A DNA stretch of 64,000 bases, from positions 3,100,001 through 3,164,000 of the forward strand of contig BQFW01000002.1 of NCBI GenBank assembly GCA_020891255.1, read 5' to 3'. The position numbers were made by a program, and so were the translations under genes. Origin of the DNA: Entomortierella parvispora E1425. Its lineage: Eukaryota; Fungi; Mortierellomycota. The first letter of the stretch is position 1. Every line of letters begins with the position of its first letter. Positions 1 through 14,090 of this stretch are shown here, in pieces. Below the pieces are notes generated by a model that did not search any database, was not told where the DNA came from, and worked only from the letters and a program-made list of their open reading frames with translations.

Positions 1-152
1 TTTTGTGTGTCCGTGGAAGCAGAACAAGTCTCAGTCCCCATCATTGGCGGACTCGTCATTTTATTATGATCTCCGCCTCCCCCACAACTCGACGCTTTTT
101 CTTTACCATAGATGAATATCTAACCATCTTCATCTTGATTTCGTGAAAATAG

Positions 153-1064
153 TCTGCGACTCGACTTTGCACCCGGATACTGGCAGGCCCATCTTTTTGC
201 CCTTCCGCATGGCCTGCTTCGTGCCCACCAACTTGTTGGTGGCCGCCGGCATGTTGATGCCCAACCCTACCGTCAAATCCATCATGTTCTGGCAGTGGGC
301 CAATCAGTCCGTCAATGTTGCTTTCAACTACGCCAACGCCAACAAGACGATCGAGATGAACATGAAGGAGACTGCTGGTAAGAACCAAAAATAAGTGCCG
401 ACGGAAACTTGATGGGAGTGAAAAAGCAGTTACAGGAACAAGGATGTTTTGCATGACTGACAGTTTTCCTTTTTATATCATCTCTTTTTTTTCTTTCCCA
501 TGTTGTGAAAAACAAAAAGTGGCGTACATGTCAGCGGTGACGACTTCCTGCTTCTTGGCTGTTGGATTGAACCAATTGGTGCCACGCTTGACATCCATCT
601 CTCCTGGACTTCGTACCATCTTGGGACGTCTCGTTCCATTTACCGCCGTGGCAGCTGCAGGAACTGTCAATGTGTTCTTGATGCGTGGCAAGGAAATCTC
701 GGAGGGCATTGATGTTTATGATGCTGAGGGCAATTCTATGGGCAAGTCTCAAAAGGCAGGATTGTCGGCCATCTCTCAGGTGGCCATTTCCAGAATTTTG
801 ACCAATTTCCCCGTGTTGACCATCCCTCCTTTGGTCTTGTCTCAGTGGGAGAGAACTGCTTGGTCTCAGCAATACCCCAAGGCGGTGATCCCCATCAACT
901 TGGCTGTGATCTCGTTGTGTTTGATGACGGCCTTGCCTTTGGCCATTGCTGCTTTCCCTCAGTACGCGAACGTGGATGTAGAGACATTGGAGGAGCGGTT
1001 CTGGAACTTGAAGGACTCCAAAGGAGAGCGGATCAAGACCTTGACTTATAACAAGGGTCTTTAA
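153..1064 (+). CDS. FSF1: Sideroflexin / mitochondrial tricarboxylate-serine carrier (5' part not resolved in window)
   Basis: Motifs DSTLHPDTG, FWQWANQSVNVAFNYANAN and C-terminal YNKGL. GT-AG intron 378-519 joins ETA|VAYMSAV in frame. Confidence 0.9.
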
Positions 1065-1350
1065 AGGAGTGGAGACTATGAAGTAGAGCAATAGAGGAAC
1101 CCCACATGTATTTTATGAAAATGATATCCTATTAAAAAAGAGTAGACGTTTTTTGAAGACTTGTATCTATTGAGAGGCAGTAGCGGCATTGAATGCCATG
1201 CTATCTTTCAACATAAGAGGATAGCTTTATGATTTTGACCGCCATCCGTAGAACATTGAAAGTTATTAAAAAACAATTAGATGCCAATTTCCTTTCATAT
1301 CTGACAGTTGAGTTTTTACAAATGGATCTTTATAGGGTCCCTGGATAATT

Positions 1351-1881
1351 TCATTTGATAAGAGCGGGCTTGGGCTTTGGCATGAAGGTCTTTCTCTTGT
1401 TGCCACCACCCTGTTTACCGTACATGAGCTCGACATAGTCAGGTCTTGGCTTGGACTTGTCCAAATCCTGCTTCTTGGCCGCGGCCTTCTTGTTGGGGGC
1501 TGCCTCCTCATCCATCATGTCCTCGTCCTCCGACTCGACCTCATCGTTCAACTCGCTCAGATCCTTGACCGCCTGCTTCACGCCTCCATGCAACTGCATC
1601 TTGTACGCCAACGACGATTTGGAAGGGTGGGCCGCACCGGCAGGACCGCCAATGGTGGATTTCTTGGCGATCGTGGGGTTGGCTGTGGCAGAGAGACCGT
1701 CCTTTTTGGATTTCCTCCGACTGTTGCCGGAGGCAGCTGCTGAATCTTCATCATGGTTGTTGTGGGTGGTATCTTTTGAGGAGTGGGCGGCATCAAAGAG
1801 ACTGGTCTCGCCCTTGGTCAAGGACAGGACGGCCTTCTCCTTGCGGGTTGGGCGCTTGAAGAATTTGGCTGATTTTCCCAT
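1351..1881 (-). CDS. Hypothetical 176-aa basic/acidic low-complexity protein, possibly nucleolar
   Basis: Single-exon ORF from MGKSAKFFKRPTRKEK to PDYVELMYG...KPALIK. ATG follows an AT-rich leader. No family recognised. Confidence 0.7.
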   Translation of the reverse strand: MGKSAKFFKRPTRKEKAVLSLTKGETSLFDAAHSSKDTTHNNHDEDSAAASGNSRRKSKKDGLSATANPTIAKKSTIGGPAGAAHPSKSSLAYKMQLHGGVKQAVKDLSELNDEVESEDEDMMDEEAAPNKKAAAKKQDLDKSKPRPDYVELMYGKQGGGNKRKTFMPKPKPALIK

Positions 1882-2038
1882 TGTTATTGTTGTATATATA
1901 TATAGGTAGGATAAAGAAGCAAATGGAAAAGGGGTGCCTTCACGGGTGCTTTGGCGATGGGGTAAGGATGCAAGGGAATGAAGTTTACGAATGAACAAGC
2001 AAATGGTCAAGACCAAGTCAGAGTCCAAGGCAAGGCAC

Positions 2039-2067
2039 AAAAAAAAAAAAAAAAAAAAAAAAAAAAA
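2039..2067. repeat. Poly(A)29 tract between the hypothetical gene and the transporter
   Basis: Uninterrupted run of A read directly. Confidence 0.95.
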
Positions 2068-2164
2068 CGAGCAACAAAAAAAATTCGCAAAGCCACTCCA
2101 GACGCCACCAATTTTTACTAATGATTTTTTTTATTCTCATTCTCAGGTTGGCAGGATATGATGT

Positions 2165-4381
2165 TCAGAGGCGACGACTAAGATACGCCGCAACGAGGGC
2201 CATGACACCTCCGAACCGAAGTACCCAACCGACCGGCTCAGGTCCGCCTCTCTCGTCTGAAGACAGAGAGATCACTTCTCTGAACAACGGGCCCAACCAG
2301 CCTATATCACCGCCACCATCGCCAGGGTCGGGCAAGTGAGGCTCTGGTGACGGCGCATCCCGAGGAGGCATGGTGCCAATCATAGCAAAGAGACAGCTCG
2401 CAATGATGGCATCCGCAAACTGAGGAAAGACAATGTACATATTATGGACTCCCAGCACCAAACCGGCGTCCAGGTGCGGTACAGCGGTCCTAGGGATTAG
2501 TGGCGATCCACTAGAAGACAGCAGGACTTCTTCCTGAGCTTCGATATCTTCGTCCGACAGGTGGGTAATCGCTGCATTTGAGGGGCCAATAGTATCCTCT
2601 GCAGTGACTGAATCATCATGAGTAGCTCCGTAGTCCACGATATCCTCAGCATTGGAAGAGGAAGCAAGTCGATCCTTCATGTCACTAATAATCTCGCCCA
2701 CCATCGCAAAAGGGATCCACATGGCCACTGCCCACGGTACGCCGCAGAGTGCAATCACACCCGTTGCCGCCCAAAGATCATCCACGAACCACGTCATACC
2801 CATGCAGCCTGCAAACCAGACCAAGGACATAGTCCACAGATTTCTCAGCGTAAATGGGTTCCTGGGCCAGACTTCGAGTCCGATTTCCTGAGGCGTTACC
2901 TTGGGGACCAAGATACCCGTGAAAACCGCCAATCCTGCCCAACAGAGTAGAGCAAACGATCCCGCTCTCTCTGCCACGGTGCCATCCCCTCCGTTGCCTC
3001 CTTGATCGTATCGGTTCAAGATTTCCCCTACCCAGGTGGTACTGTAGAACAAAAACGGGAACCAGCCCATCCAAGCAAAGAATTGCACATTGCAGATCCT
3101 TTGAAGTTCTGATGGCAACTTTCTCAAAGCTCGCCAGATGTTGCCGATCGTACTCCAAACAGACCTAACCGTAATTAGAAAAGACAAAACGAATCGTCAT
3201 TTGTTTTTTTGGTGGTTAGGCTCTCTTTCTCCCTCCCTCTCTCTCTCTCTCATGACAAACAACAGCAAACCTCCTTTTTTGGGGGGTGCCTTTCTTACCG
3301 TTTCTTGTCCTCGTCTGTCGGCTGATATTGAATCTCTTTGACACTGGAACAGGTGATGCCCAAGCAGGTGATGAAGGAGATCATGGCAATATTGGCTAGA
3401 ATTTTGATTTGGGTGTTGCCGAGCCAAGGACTTGCATATTTCACAAGGTCCAAATTACCCGTGAAGAATCCAACCACACTGCCCAAGTTGTTCATCCAGC
3501 CGGACCAAGCATTGCAGACCTCCTGTTGGTCTGTTGGTGGAATATCCATGATCAGGGACCGACAGCTGGCCTGTACCGCATTGATTGAAAAGTCCAGACA
3601 ATAGAACCCTACCACTGCGAACCCAATTGTCCAGCCTTTCACCTATGACGAAGAGTGGTGGAGAAGCGAAGGAGAAGATATTGAGTAAGCTTTGCCTTCA
3701 CTTTCGTTCATCCTGATAGTCTTTAGTTCTGTCTGTTTCCTTACAGCTGCTGATGTGGTCTCTTCCTCATCAGAGGAACCCAAGGTGAGGTCCTGATGGC
3801 TCTGACCCACCATCAAGAGAGCCAGCTCCTTAGCATAGGCGACCATGTACATCGAGAGAATCGTCAAAGCCGCGCCAATAAGAATGAACGGTCGTCTCCG
3901 TCCTAACCGCCAGTCCAGAGAGTCACTAAAAACGCCGACGATCGGTTGAATAATCAATCCTGAAAGCGGGCCTGCTAGCCAAACCAAAGGGGTCAGTGTC
4001 TTGGGGATCCCGAGTGAAAGCAAGTAGGGCGTACCATATCCCAGCTCTACTGTCCCTAGAAAAAACGCGAGAGAGGAAGAAGACAAAATAATTGTGAGCG
4101 AACAGGGTCTTGTTTCTTGTTTTTCCGTTCCCTCCCTCCATTTATGTGTTTCCCACGACTCGCATAGAGAGTAAAGAGAGAGATAGAGAGAGAGAGAGAG
4201 AGAGGCAGTTACAAGTAAATTGCACGCCGAGCATGCATATCGTTAGTCGTGCGATGTCCAGTAACGATAATTTCCGTTTGAGAAAGGATCGACGACGTTG
4301 GTTATGACGCTGAATTCCTGGCCGTTGCGGAGTTGAAGCCAGGAGGGCCCGACTTTCTTGTCGCGAATGGTTGTCAGACAT
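2165..4381 (-). CDS. SUT1: MFS glycoside-pentoside-hexuronide family sucrose/maltose transporter (SUT1/SLC45-like), 4 exons
   Basis: Spliced GVQFT|WTVELGYGTPYL, WLAGPLSGLIIQPIVG, GRRRPFI, DFSINAVQASCR, FFAWMGWFPFLFY and GVHNMYIVFPQ. Three GT-AG introns restore the frame. Confidence 0.88.
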
Positions 4382-4650
4382 TTAGAAGACTGACGTGTGG
4401 GTGTATATAAGGAAGAGAGAATGGGAATGCTGTGGGTAAAGGTGAAGGTAAAAGTAAATGTGAATGAATGGGAACAATGAACAACTGAAGAAAAGAATGA
4501 AAGACGGGGGAAGCGCCCACAACCGTTCTCATTGACGCAATAAACTGAGTCTCACAGTTCAGCTCCAAACAATGCGCTTCATTGTTCTATTTTTTATTTT
4601 TTTTTATTTTTTTTTCTGCTAGGTTACCCTTTGCTCTGTTCTTGACTGGG

Positions 4651-6918
4651 TCACCCTCGGTGTTGCTGTTGTTGCTGATGTTGATGGTGAGAGAGAGCAC
4701 CGCGCTGGTGATGGTGTTGTTGTTGTTGCTGCTGGTGTTGAACCTGCTGCTGCTGCAGTTGTTGCATTTGACGAAGGGTCATCTTGCCCTGATCGCGACC
4801 CATGGTGGCGGCTCCTGAGGGGTGATAGTTGCTAGGAGGATTCAGTCCCAAGCCCACATTTCCCTGTTGTTGTTGAGCGGCTTGCACTGAGTGGTGACCA
4901 TTGAGATGCTGCAAGGACCGATGATGCTGCAATGTCTGCGGTCTCTCTGGGACTGGATCCTGATTTGATCCAGCTTGTGGCTGCTGTCGTCCTTGACTCT
5001 GAGCTTGCTGTTGCAACTGCAGTGGCGACTTTCCACAACGTGCTAGACACCGGAGGATACTTTCTACAGCAGGGTCCAAGGTCATCCGAACACACTTGTA
5101 CTCCTTGTTGATCCTCTCCATCTCCTTCTGCATGCGTCCGCGTCTTGCCATCTCATCCTCGTCCACATCCTGAAGATTCTCACGCTGAAGCCAGAGTTTC
5201 TGCTGCGTCCTGGAGAGCGCGCCCGCCTTGGATCCATTGCCAGCAAGATTTGACTGGGCCACAGCAGCGGCGGCAATAGCAGATGCTGCAGAAGCCGAGC
5301 TAGGGGGCGCCGCAGACCAAGGTGTTGCTGAGGCGTTGCCGTCTCCTCCTTGCAAATGCTCGTCCGTACTCATGGTCGTCACAATGGTCGGGGGTATCAA
5401 GTTGTTGGCCATCATGGTCGATTTGGGAGCAGACGAGCTCAAAGGCTGAGATGGAGAAACAGGGTAAAATTTGGAGGTGTAGCCAGCACGTTGTTGAGGA
5501 GAAGTGGAACTGGACTTGTCGCTATTGTTCCTGGGGTTCCGTCGCAGCGAGTTGGGGGATCCGTTGACTTGCAAGTGGTGATGGTCCTCCGAGTGATGAG
5601 CAGATGTGCCTGCAGCTGTCTGATTCAAAAATTTAGAGACAAGCTCCACTGCGGGCGAGGGCTGTAACGTTGGTGAGGCCATCTTGAGACTTTGTCGAGA
5701 GCTCTCCAAGGTATTAGTGGAGGGTGAGGCTTCAACAGAGGTCATACCGCTCGCGGGCTGGACGGCCATGACGGTGTGTGTCGTCACTTTGGTGAGGGAG
5801 GGTAGCGAGGTGGTGGAGGCACTGGGGTCCAGCAACATGGACATCCGCTTGGACTTTGGAGAGGCTCTGGACAGGGCGCGGTGTCGTGGTTTAGGGGATC
5901 CAGAGATGCTGACAGGGCTCTTTTGCGATGAAATTGATTCTGCATCCTTGCTGGAGCCTCCCTCACCAGGGCTACTCTTGCTCTTTTCCATAGAATGTCC
6001 TGTTCGGTCTGGAGAACGGCTGAGGTCAGAGTCTCTGGAGTTGCTCCTAGAGGGCGCCTGCTGTGTTAAGTAACGTTCCTGATGCCGCTCATGCTCCTGT
6101 GGCTCGACGTGTTGATGACGGATAACGGGGTCAGACGCAGAAAGAGTTGGACCATCGTTTCTTTGCTGTCTTGTACCAATGGTCATCTCTGTAGGCTCAG
6201 CAATTTGAGGGGGCTCCTGTTGATGCTCTGATGCATCATTCGCGTGGTCACGCTGCTCGCGAGGCGGCGCGGGGTGGTGTGGATCCTCCCGTCGGCTGCT
6301 GCTGTTATTAGTGTCCAGACCAAGATCTTGCATGGAGCGGGTTAGTGTCGAGTCGATCAGAGTCTTTGCTAACGAGTCGTCCTCTCGAGACTGGGAGGTC
6401 TGTGGGTCCGAAGCGGGCACAACACGGCCGTTCACTGCCACGGCCGATCCCTCTTCATCATCATCAGTTTCCTGCTTGTGTTGGGCAGATTGAGGGCGGG
6501 TATTAGAGCTGCGGGGACCTTGCGGGTGAGTCATGGCGTGAGAGTCCTCGCCTTCAGTATCGTCGTCGTCTTTGTCGTTGTTGTTGTTGACCTCCACTTG
6601 TCGAAGCTCGCTCTCTTGAGTGGTTTCAACAATCATGTCCTCTTCTTCTGTCTGGTCTTCTCCACCGAGTTCAAACTGGGCCTTTCTTCGACGGTGCCGC
6701 TTGTGGCCGTCTTTGTCGGTTTCCGTCACGGTCATGTCGGTGTCTTGTTCCCGCGAAGGCTTTACGGCGGAATCCCACGTGGACCTGTGATGGAGATGCT
6801 GATGGCCACGGTTCTGGTGATGGCGATGATGGGTGTCCTGTGGAGAGGAGTCGAGAACAGCTTGTGTTGGTGGAGCGTAGACCTCGTTGGGAGGGAGGCG
6901 GTCAATGATGGTCTCCAT
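4651..6918 (-). CDS. TCO89: Tco89-like TORC1 subunit, about 755 aa, disordered with poly-Q tail
   Basis: Single long ORF from METIIDRLPP. Contains SRTQQKLWLQRE...ERINKEYKCVRMTLDP, which matches the TCO89 conserved block. Confidence 0.7.
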   Translation of the reverse strand: METIIDRLPPNEVYAPPTQAVLDSSPQDTHHRHHQNRGHQHLHHRSTWDSAVKPSREQDTDMTVTETDKDGHKRHRRRKAQFELGGEDQTEEEDMIVETTQESELRQVEVNNNNDKDDDDTEGEDSHAMTHPQGPRSSNTRPQSAQHKQETDDDEEGSAVAVNGRVVPASDPQTSQSREDDSLAKTLIDSTLTRSMQDLGLDTNNSSSRREDPHHPAPPREQRDHANDASEHQQEPPQIAEPTEMTIGTRQQRNDGPTLSASDPVIRHQHVEPQEHERHQERYLTQQAPSRSNSRDSDLSRSPDRTGHSMEKSKSSPGEGGSSKDAESISSQKSPVSISGSPKPRHRALSRASPKSKRMSMLLDPSASTTSLPSLTKVTTHTVMAVQPASGMTSVEASPSTNTLESSRQSLKMASPTLQPSPAVELVSKFLNQTAAGTSAHHSEDHHHLQVNGSPNSLRRNPRNNSDKSSSTSPQQRAGYTSKFYPVSPSQPLSSSAPKSTMMANNLIPPTIVTTMSTDEHLQGGDGNASATPWSAAPPSSASAASAIAAAAVAQSNLAGNGSKAGALSRTQQKLWLQRENLQDVDEDEMARRGRMQKEMERINKEYKCVRMTLDPAVESILRCLARCGKSPLQLQQQAQSQGRQQPQAGSNQDPVPERPQTLQHHRSLQHLNGHHSVQAAQQQQGNVGLGLNPPSNYHPSGAATMGRDQGKMTLRQMQQLQQQQVQHQQQQQQHHHQRGALSHHQHQQQQQHRG

Positions 6919-7442
6919 AGACTCGGAGAGGATGTTTAAAAAAAATAAATATGTGGTCCTTCTGAGCGCGATCGGGGGAGAAAGGGACAGGGAAGGACAG
7001 GACACGGTCAAGAGAGTATCAACAAATAAAAGAGTGGGGAGAGAGTGGAGAGGGTGGAGAGTCAAGGGTAGCAAGGGAGAGCGAGGGGAGGGTCATGACA
7101 TCCATGGAAAGAGAAAGACACCATGGGGCAGGACAAGGTTCCGGGGTCCAAAAAGGACACGCTGTCGGCCTGTCTGTCCACGAGAGGAGTGTGACGGGTG
7201 GCTTGTTGCTATCTTTACCGATTCCCTGCTTTTTTGGCAGGGGTTTCCTGTCTTCTGCACCAATGAAGGCCAAGTGTGTGCCTTTGTCAACAAGCGTATT
7301 AGTTTATTCACTGTTGTTGTCGTTGTCGGCGTCGACAAAGGGGTCTTTTTGATATTGTACAATTATGGATGGCAAGTTCCGTTATTCTAGTGCATGTGTG
7401 CCTGCAGGTCTTTTTCTCTTATCTTTTTTCTTTTTTCTTCGC

Positions 7443-8063
7443 TTATTCGACCTTAGCCTTCTCGCTTGGGTGCAATGGCAATGACTTTCCACCGCCACCC
7501 TCCAGCATCTCGAACACCCGATCGACCGCCGTCTCGATTGGATGATCAAACATGTACGGCAACAAGGGCACAACGGCCAATCCGATAGCTGTGGGACCCC
7601 AGCGGCGCAGGGTAATGTTTGCCATATTTTTGAACAACCTGCCCGACTGATGAACGACCGTATGAATGGTGATGGCTGGCATCAAAAGCGAGGCAAGGCC
7701 TTGGAAGACACCTCGCTTGACGACTGTCATGGCCACCTCTTCTTGGTTCTTGCCTACCAACTTGGCCTTGTAACCCTCATAAGCGACGTCGAATCCCACA
7801 TACGCAAAGGAGACTCCGTACATGGCATTCACAAAGACACGTCCTGCCACCGGCCGAAAAGCCTCACCCACATCAGAAGAGTAAGCCAAGTACCGGGATG
7901 AAGCTGCGACGAGGGCCTTGTAACGTCCGAGGTAGGCAAGGTAACGGGCTGGAGTCTCGACTGTATCGATTTGTCCTTGTTCGAATTCCTGAGCTCCATG
8001 CTGGACATTGTCAGCGATCTTGGTTGTGAGCTCCGTTGCTGTTGTCGTCGTTGTTGTAGACAT
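7443..8063 (-). CDS. MTFP1: Mitochondrial fission process protein 1 (MTP18 family)
   Basis: RYLAYSSDVGEAFRPV, YGVSFAYVGFD, FQGLASLLMPAITIH, PYMFDHPIE. Single exon, 206 aa. Confidence 0.88.
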   Translation of the reverse strand: MSTTTTTTATELTTKIADNVQHGAQEFEQGQIDTVETPARYLAYLGRYKALVAASSRYLAYSSDVGEAFRPVAGRVFVNAMYGVSFAYVGFDVAYEGYKAKLVGKNQEEVAMTVVKRGVFQGLASLLMPAITIHTVVHQSGRLFKNMANITLRRWGPTAIGLAVVPLLPYMFDHPIETAVDRVFEMLEGGGGKSLPLHPSEKAKVE

Positions 8064-8592
8064 TGTGAGGGAAGGATGTGCGACGATAGGAATTTGGTGA
8101 GAATAGAGTGGATGGGGGAAAGGTCGGGGGAGAACTGAAGGGTGAAGAATGAGTGTTCCTTCTGGGGGCCGTTGCAGGCACCAGACATTTTATACAAGAT
8201 CGGATCTCAGACAACTCAAAAAAAAGAATCTCCTTTTCGAGCAAAGACTTTTCGTTTTCTCGGATTTCTCGGATGTTTGATGCCGAAGTGGTACCTCAGC
8301 CATTGACAGACTTGCTGGCTGGACGCTCTCTCTCTTATCTCATTCTGTCAAACTTACCCTCCTCTTTCCCAGCCGATGGACGACACTTTGGATATCTGAA
8401 ACCAGATCGCCTTGAGATCTGGACCCTGCTTTTCTTTCAGTCCTTCAGGACGGATTTTGGTGTCACAAAAAAAAAAAAAAAAAAACGAAGCCACCGCAAA
8501 CCTTTGATCAACTAGGGTGAACTAGGGTACCTTGGCACTCAAACAGCAAAAAAGTTTTGTGGGGAGCCAAGAAACAGGAGCAAAAGAAGAAG

Positions 8593-8664
8593 TTCCCAAT
8601 CCGGGGTTCGAACCCGGGCCGCCTCGGTGAAAGCGAGGAATCCTGACCACTGGACCAATTAGGA
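8593..8664 (-). tRNA. tRNA-Glu (anticodon TTC)
   Basis: 72-nt cloverleaf: acceptor TCCTAAT/ATTGGGA, anticodon stem CCTCG/CGAGG around CT-TTC-AC, T-loop GGTTCGAAC, followed by a T-rich Pol III terminator. Confidence 0.97.
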
Positions 8665-8826
8665 TGAAATCATTCGGTTTCAACTATTTATTGTTAGCCT
8701 CTTTATAAGGTATGTTTTGAGCTCGTTATTTCCTCACAAAATCATTATTTCCATGCAATTTATCACGTGTTCATAGCGATTTTCGCGGGGGGTTTTTTTG
8801 CATTGTCCACTTCCACGATATAGTTC

Positions 8827-10368
8827 CTAAAAACGGTAGACCTCACTAGGCTCTCGCCCACGAAGAAATGGAACCTCGTGGCCTTTGACATAGACAGAGG
8901 TTGAGAACTCTGACATATCAGGCTCAGGCTCAGCCTTAGCCTCCTCTGCTTCCTTATCCACCGTTGCGCGTGCAGTCTTGTCCAAGTCCTTGATCTCCTC
9001 TTCCGTAAGGGCCTTGTACTCGAGCAAAGAATGCTTCAACCCAGTGATGGGATCACTCTTGGCCCGGACCTTTTGGATTTCTTCACGTGTGCGATAAGTA
9101 GTTCCTGGGTCTGACATGGAATGGCCTCCGTAGCGATATGTTTCGACTTCAAGCACCAGAGGACCTCTTCCTGCATCTGTCCACTCCTTGGCGTACTTTG
9201 TTGCCTGATGGACCGCGAGAACATCCATGCCATCCACCTAGAGTCATCAACGATAGAAAAAGGATGTATAGAACGCGTGAGCATCCTGTATGAAAATAAA
9301 CAAACTCAAGTACAATCGTAATTGTTCTCACTTCGCCAGTCTTCTTACCCTAAGTCCAGGGATATAGTCGCCTCGCTTGAAATAATCTACACTTGCCGAG
9401 GACCGCTCTGCAGAGGTTCCCATTCCGTAACGGTTGTTTTCACAGACAAAGACTGCGGGAAGCTCCCAGAGTTTAGCCATGTTGAACGACTCAAAGACCT
9501 GTCCCTGATTGGCAGCTCCGTCACCATATATCACAAACGTGGTCTCTTTCCGACCGAGATACTTTTGAGCGAATGCAAGGCCGGCTCCCACGGGTACCTG
9601 AGCACCCACGATACCATTGCCACCTTGGAGCCTGGGCGTAAACATGTACATGGATCCGCCTTTGCCTTTCGAGATTCCGTTTTTCCGGCCGAGAAGCTCT
9701 CCAAAAATGGAGACGAGTGATCCTCCGCGCATGTAGGTGAAGCCGTGACTACGGTAGGCGGTAATCAGTTTGTCGTTTGAAGTCATAGCAGACTCCATTC
9801 CGACACTAACGGCCTCCTACAAGATCAGAAGAAATAAGAGACTCATATTTTTTAGTGCATGTCGAATGTCCGATATGAATCTCACGATTTCGTGATAGTC
9901 GATGTCATAATTCGGTCAGCAATGATATGAGACCCCTAATCAGAGGATCTAAGGCAAAGCAGTTACCTGTCCGGTGCTCAAGTGGCAAAATCCACGAATG
10001 AGCTTTGCCTTGTAGAGACCATCGGCAGTCATTTCCATGCGCCTGATGGTTGCCATACTGCTGTACATATCGATAAGGTCTTTCTTTGAAACCTCTACCT
10101 CGAGAGATGGGGTTTCGCAGTTGTAGGTGTGGAATGAATCAGGATTGAGCTTGATATGAAATTGAGGGACGACAGCAGAGGATGCAAAAGATCGGGTAGC
10201 AGTCTACGGGGTCAAGAGCAGGTGGACAGGGCGGTTAGATACTCTAGTCTTGACATGGAAACGTCTACATCGTAACAAAGCTGCCAAGAGAAGAAATACC
10301 TGCTGGAGTGTGGTGGTGGCGCGTGTGGTTACTGTGGATAGCGAGCGTACTCGGGAAATTGGAAGCAT
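8827..10368 (-). CDS. PDA1: Pyruvate dehydrogenase E1 alpha subunit, 4 exons
   Basis: Basic/Thr-rich presequence [10 protein letters not shown]. Motifs [11 protein letters not shown]|[34 protein letters not shown] and [13 protein letters not shown]. Confidence 0.93.
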
Positions 10369-10403
10369 GTTGATGGCTGGGAATGGTAAGAAATAGAGAA
10401 CGG

Positions 10404-10405
<2 letters not shown>

Positions 10406-10449
<44 letters not shown>
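10406..10449. repeat. (GA)22 microsatellite in the PDA1 5' leader
   Basis: Perfect dinucleotide run. Confidence 0.95.
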
Positions 10450-10453
<4 letters not shown>

Positions 10454-11087
10454 AGAAGATACCGAACAAAGGAAGTAAGACGTAAAGAAGAGAGAGGAGA
10501 AACTTTGGGAGCCTTTTACGTATTCCCCATCAGCGCCGGAGATGACCACGATATGTGGTCATAATGAGCTCTCCCATACCCCACCTAGAAAACGCGTAGT
10601 TCCGAAGTATGAAGATAGCCCACGACCTATACCGTGAATCGAATCCAGACCGGGTATCGGTACGTTCACCGAATGCAATGGCCCGAGAAGAAGGGAGCCT
10701 GGTCCCGGTTGCAACTTGCAAGACGGAGACAGACAAAGGGTGCCTGTGTCTTTGTCTCTCCAACTTTCTCGTTGACTCCTTGCTTGTGGGATTGCTGGGT
10801 TGTTTTGCCTTGCCTTGTCGTCAGCCTCTTACCACTCTTGCTGTATTGCTGCTCACAGCTCAGCTGTCGGCCACACCGCCAGCAAGCGACAAGAGAAGAG
10901 GAGGAGCAAAGACAAGCTGAGCAGAAGTCATAGCCGACGACAGTGAAGGGAAGAGTGTGCTCACTCCATCGCTCCACGCGCGCGCAATATCCTTCCAGTC
11001 AGCCCTGCCGTCCTCGAAGGTTCCCTGCCAGCACCAGCGATTAAGCGACGGCACGTTCCGTCGCCAGGCCAGTTGGCGTTGGTGTTG

Positions 11088-11108
11088 GTGTGTGTGTGTG
11101 TGTGTGTG
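11088..11108. repeat. (GT)n microsatellite in the PDA1-CDC42 divergent intergenic region
   Basis: Dinucleotide run read directly. Confidence 0.9.
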
Positions 11109-11515
11109 CGTGTGAGTATCTGTGCATGTCTGTTGTCTGCGTCTGCGGCGCCCGTGTCCCGGGTGCGGTCTGCCTGCTTCTTTCCTGATCGCAGCGATAT
11201 TTTTCCCTCGTCTTTTGTGCAGGAGCACAGTGCACAAGTGAAGTGGTGAAGGACAAAGAGAGTGCTGAGTCTTTTTTTTTCTTTTTTTTTTTTGGCTGCT
11301 TTTATTTCCCTCCCTCCCTCCCTCTCTCTCCCTCTCATCACTCGCTCTCCCTGTGTGTGTCCGTCCCTCTTTCTCTTCCCCTCGTACTCTCTTATTTTTT
11401 TTTTTTTTTTTTTTGGCCTCTCTTTTCCTTCTCTTTCTCTTTCTCTTTCATCACTCCATCACCCCATCCATCTCTCTTTCCCTCCTTCCCGCCCTTCCGT
11501 TGTCCCTTGATCACC

Positions 11516-13660
<2,145 letters not shown>

Positions 13661-14090
13661 ACAGGAGCGACTCTAAGACGAAGAAATGGATCAGTGGAAA
13701 CAGAGGGAGAAAGAAGAGAAAGACAGCATCCAGACAAGGGATTATCATCCATATCTTCAGAGACGAGTGAACATCATCGGCTTCGGGAGATAAAAAGTCG
13801 GAATGGACATACTCTATCCCCCCCTCCTCTTTCAACCTGCCTGATTTTCGACCATTGGACCTTCAAAAAAACAGGAGAAACGAACATTGTGCAGCAAAGA
13901 TGTGGATCCAGCAAGTACAGCAATAATTGAATAAATAGGACTTTTTTTTACAACCACCACTCCCGCCAAAAAAAAGAAACGTTTTTTTTTGACGATCGCC
14001 GTTGTCAAAACAAACGGGTCAAGTGTTTTATTCTTATTTTTCCCTATTCGGATCATCGCCGTACGATACTTTTTCCTCAGAGATTTGCTA

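Noticed and set aside
10265-11340. Several 70-125 aa ORFs in the PDA1-CDC42 divergent region
   Set aside because: They run through (GA)n and (GT)n microsatellites, have no recognisable motifs, and overlap UTR/promoter sequence.
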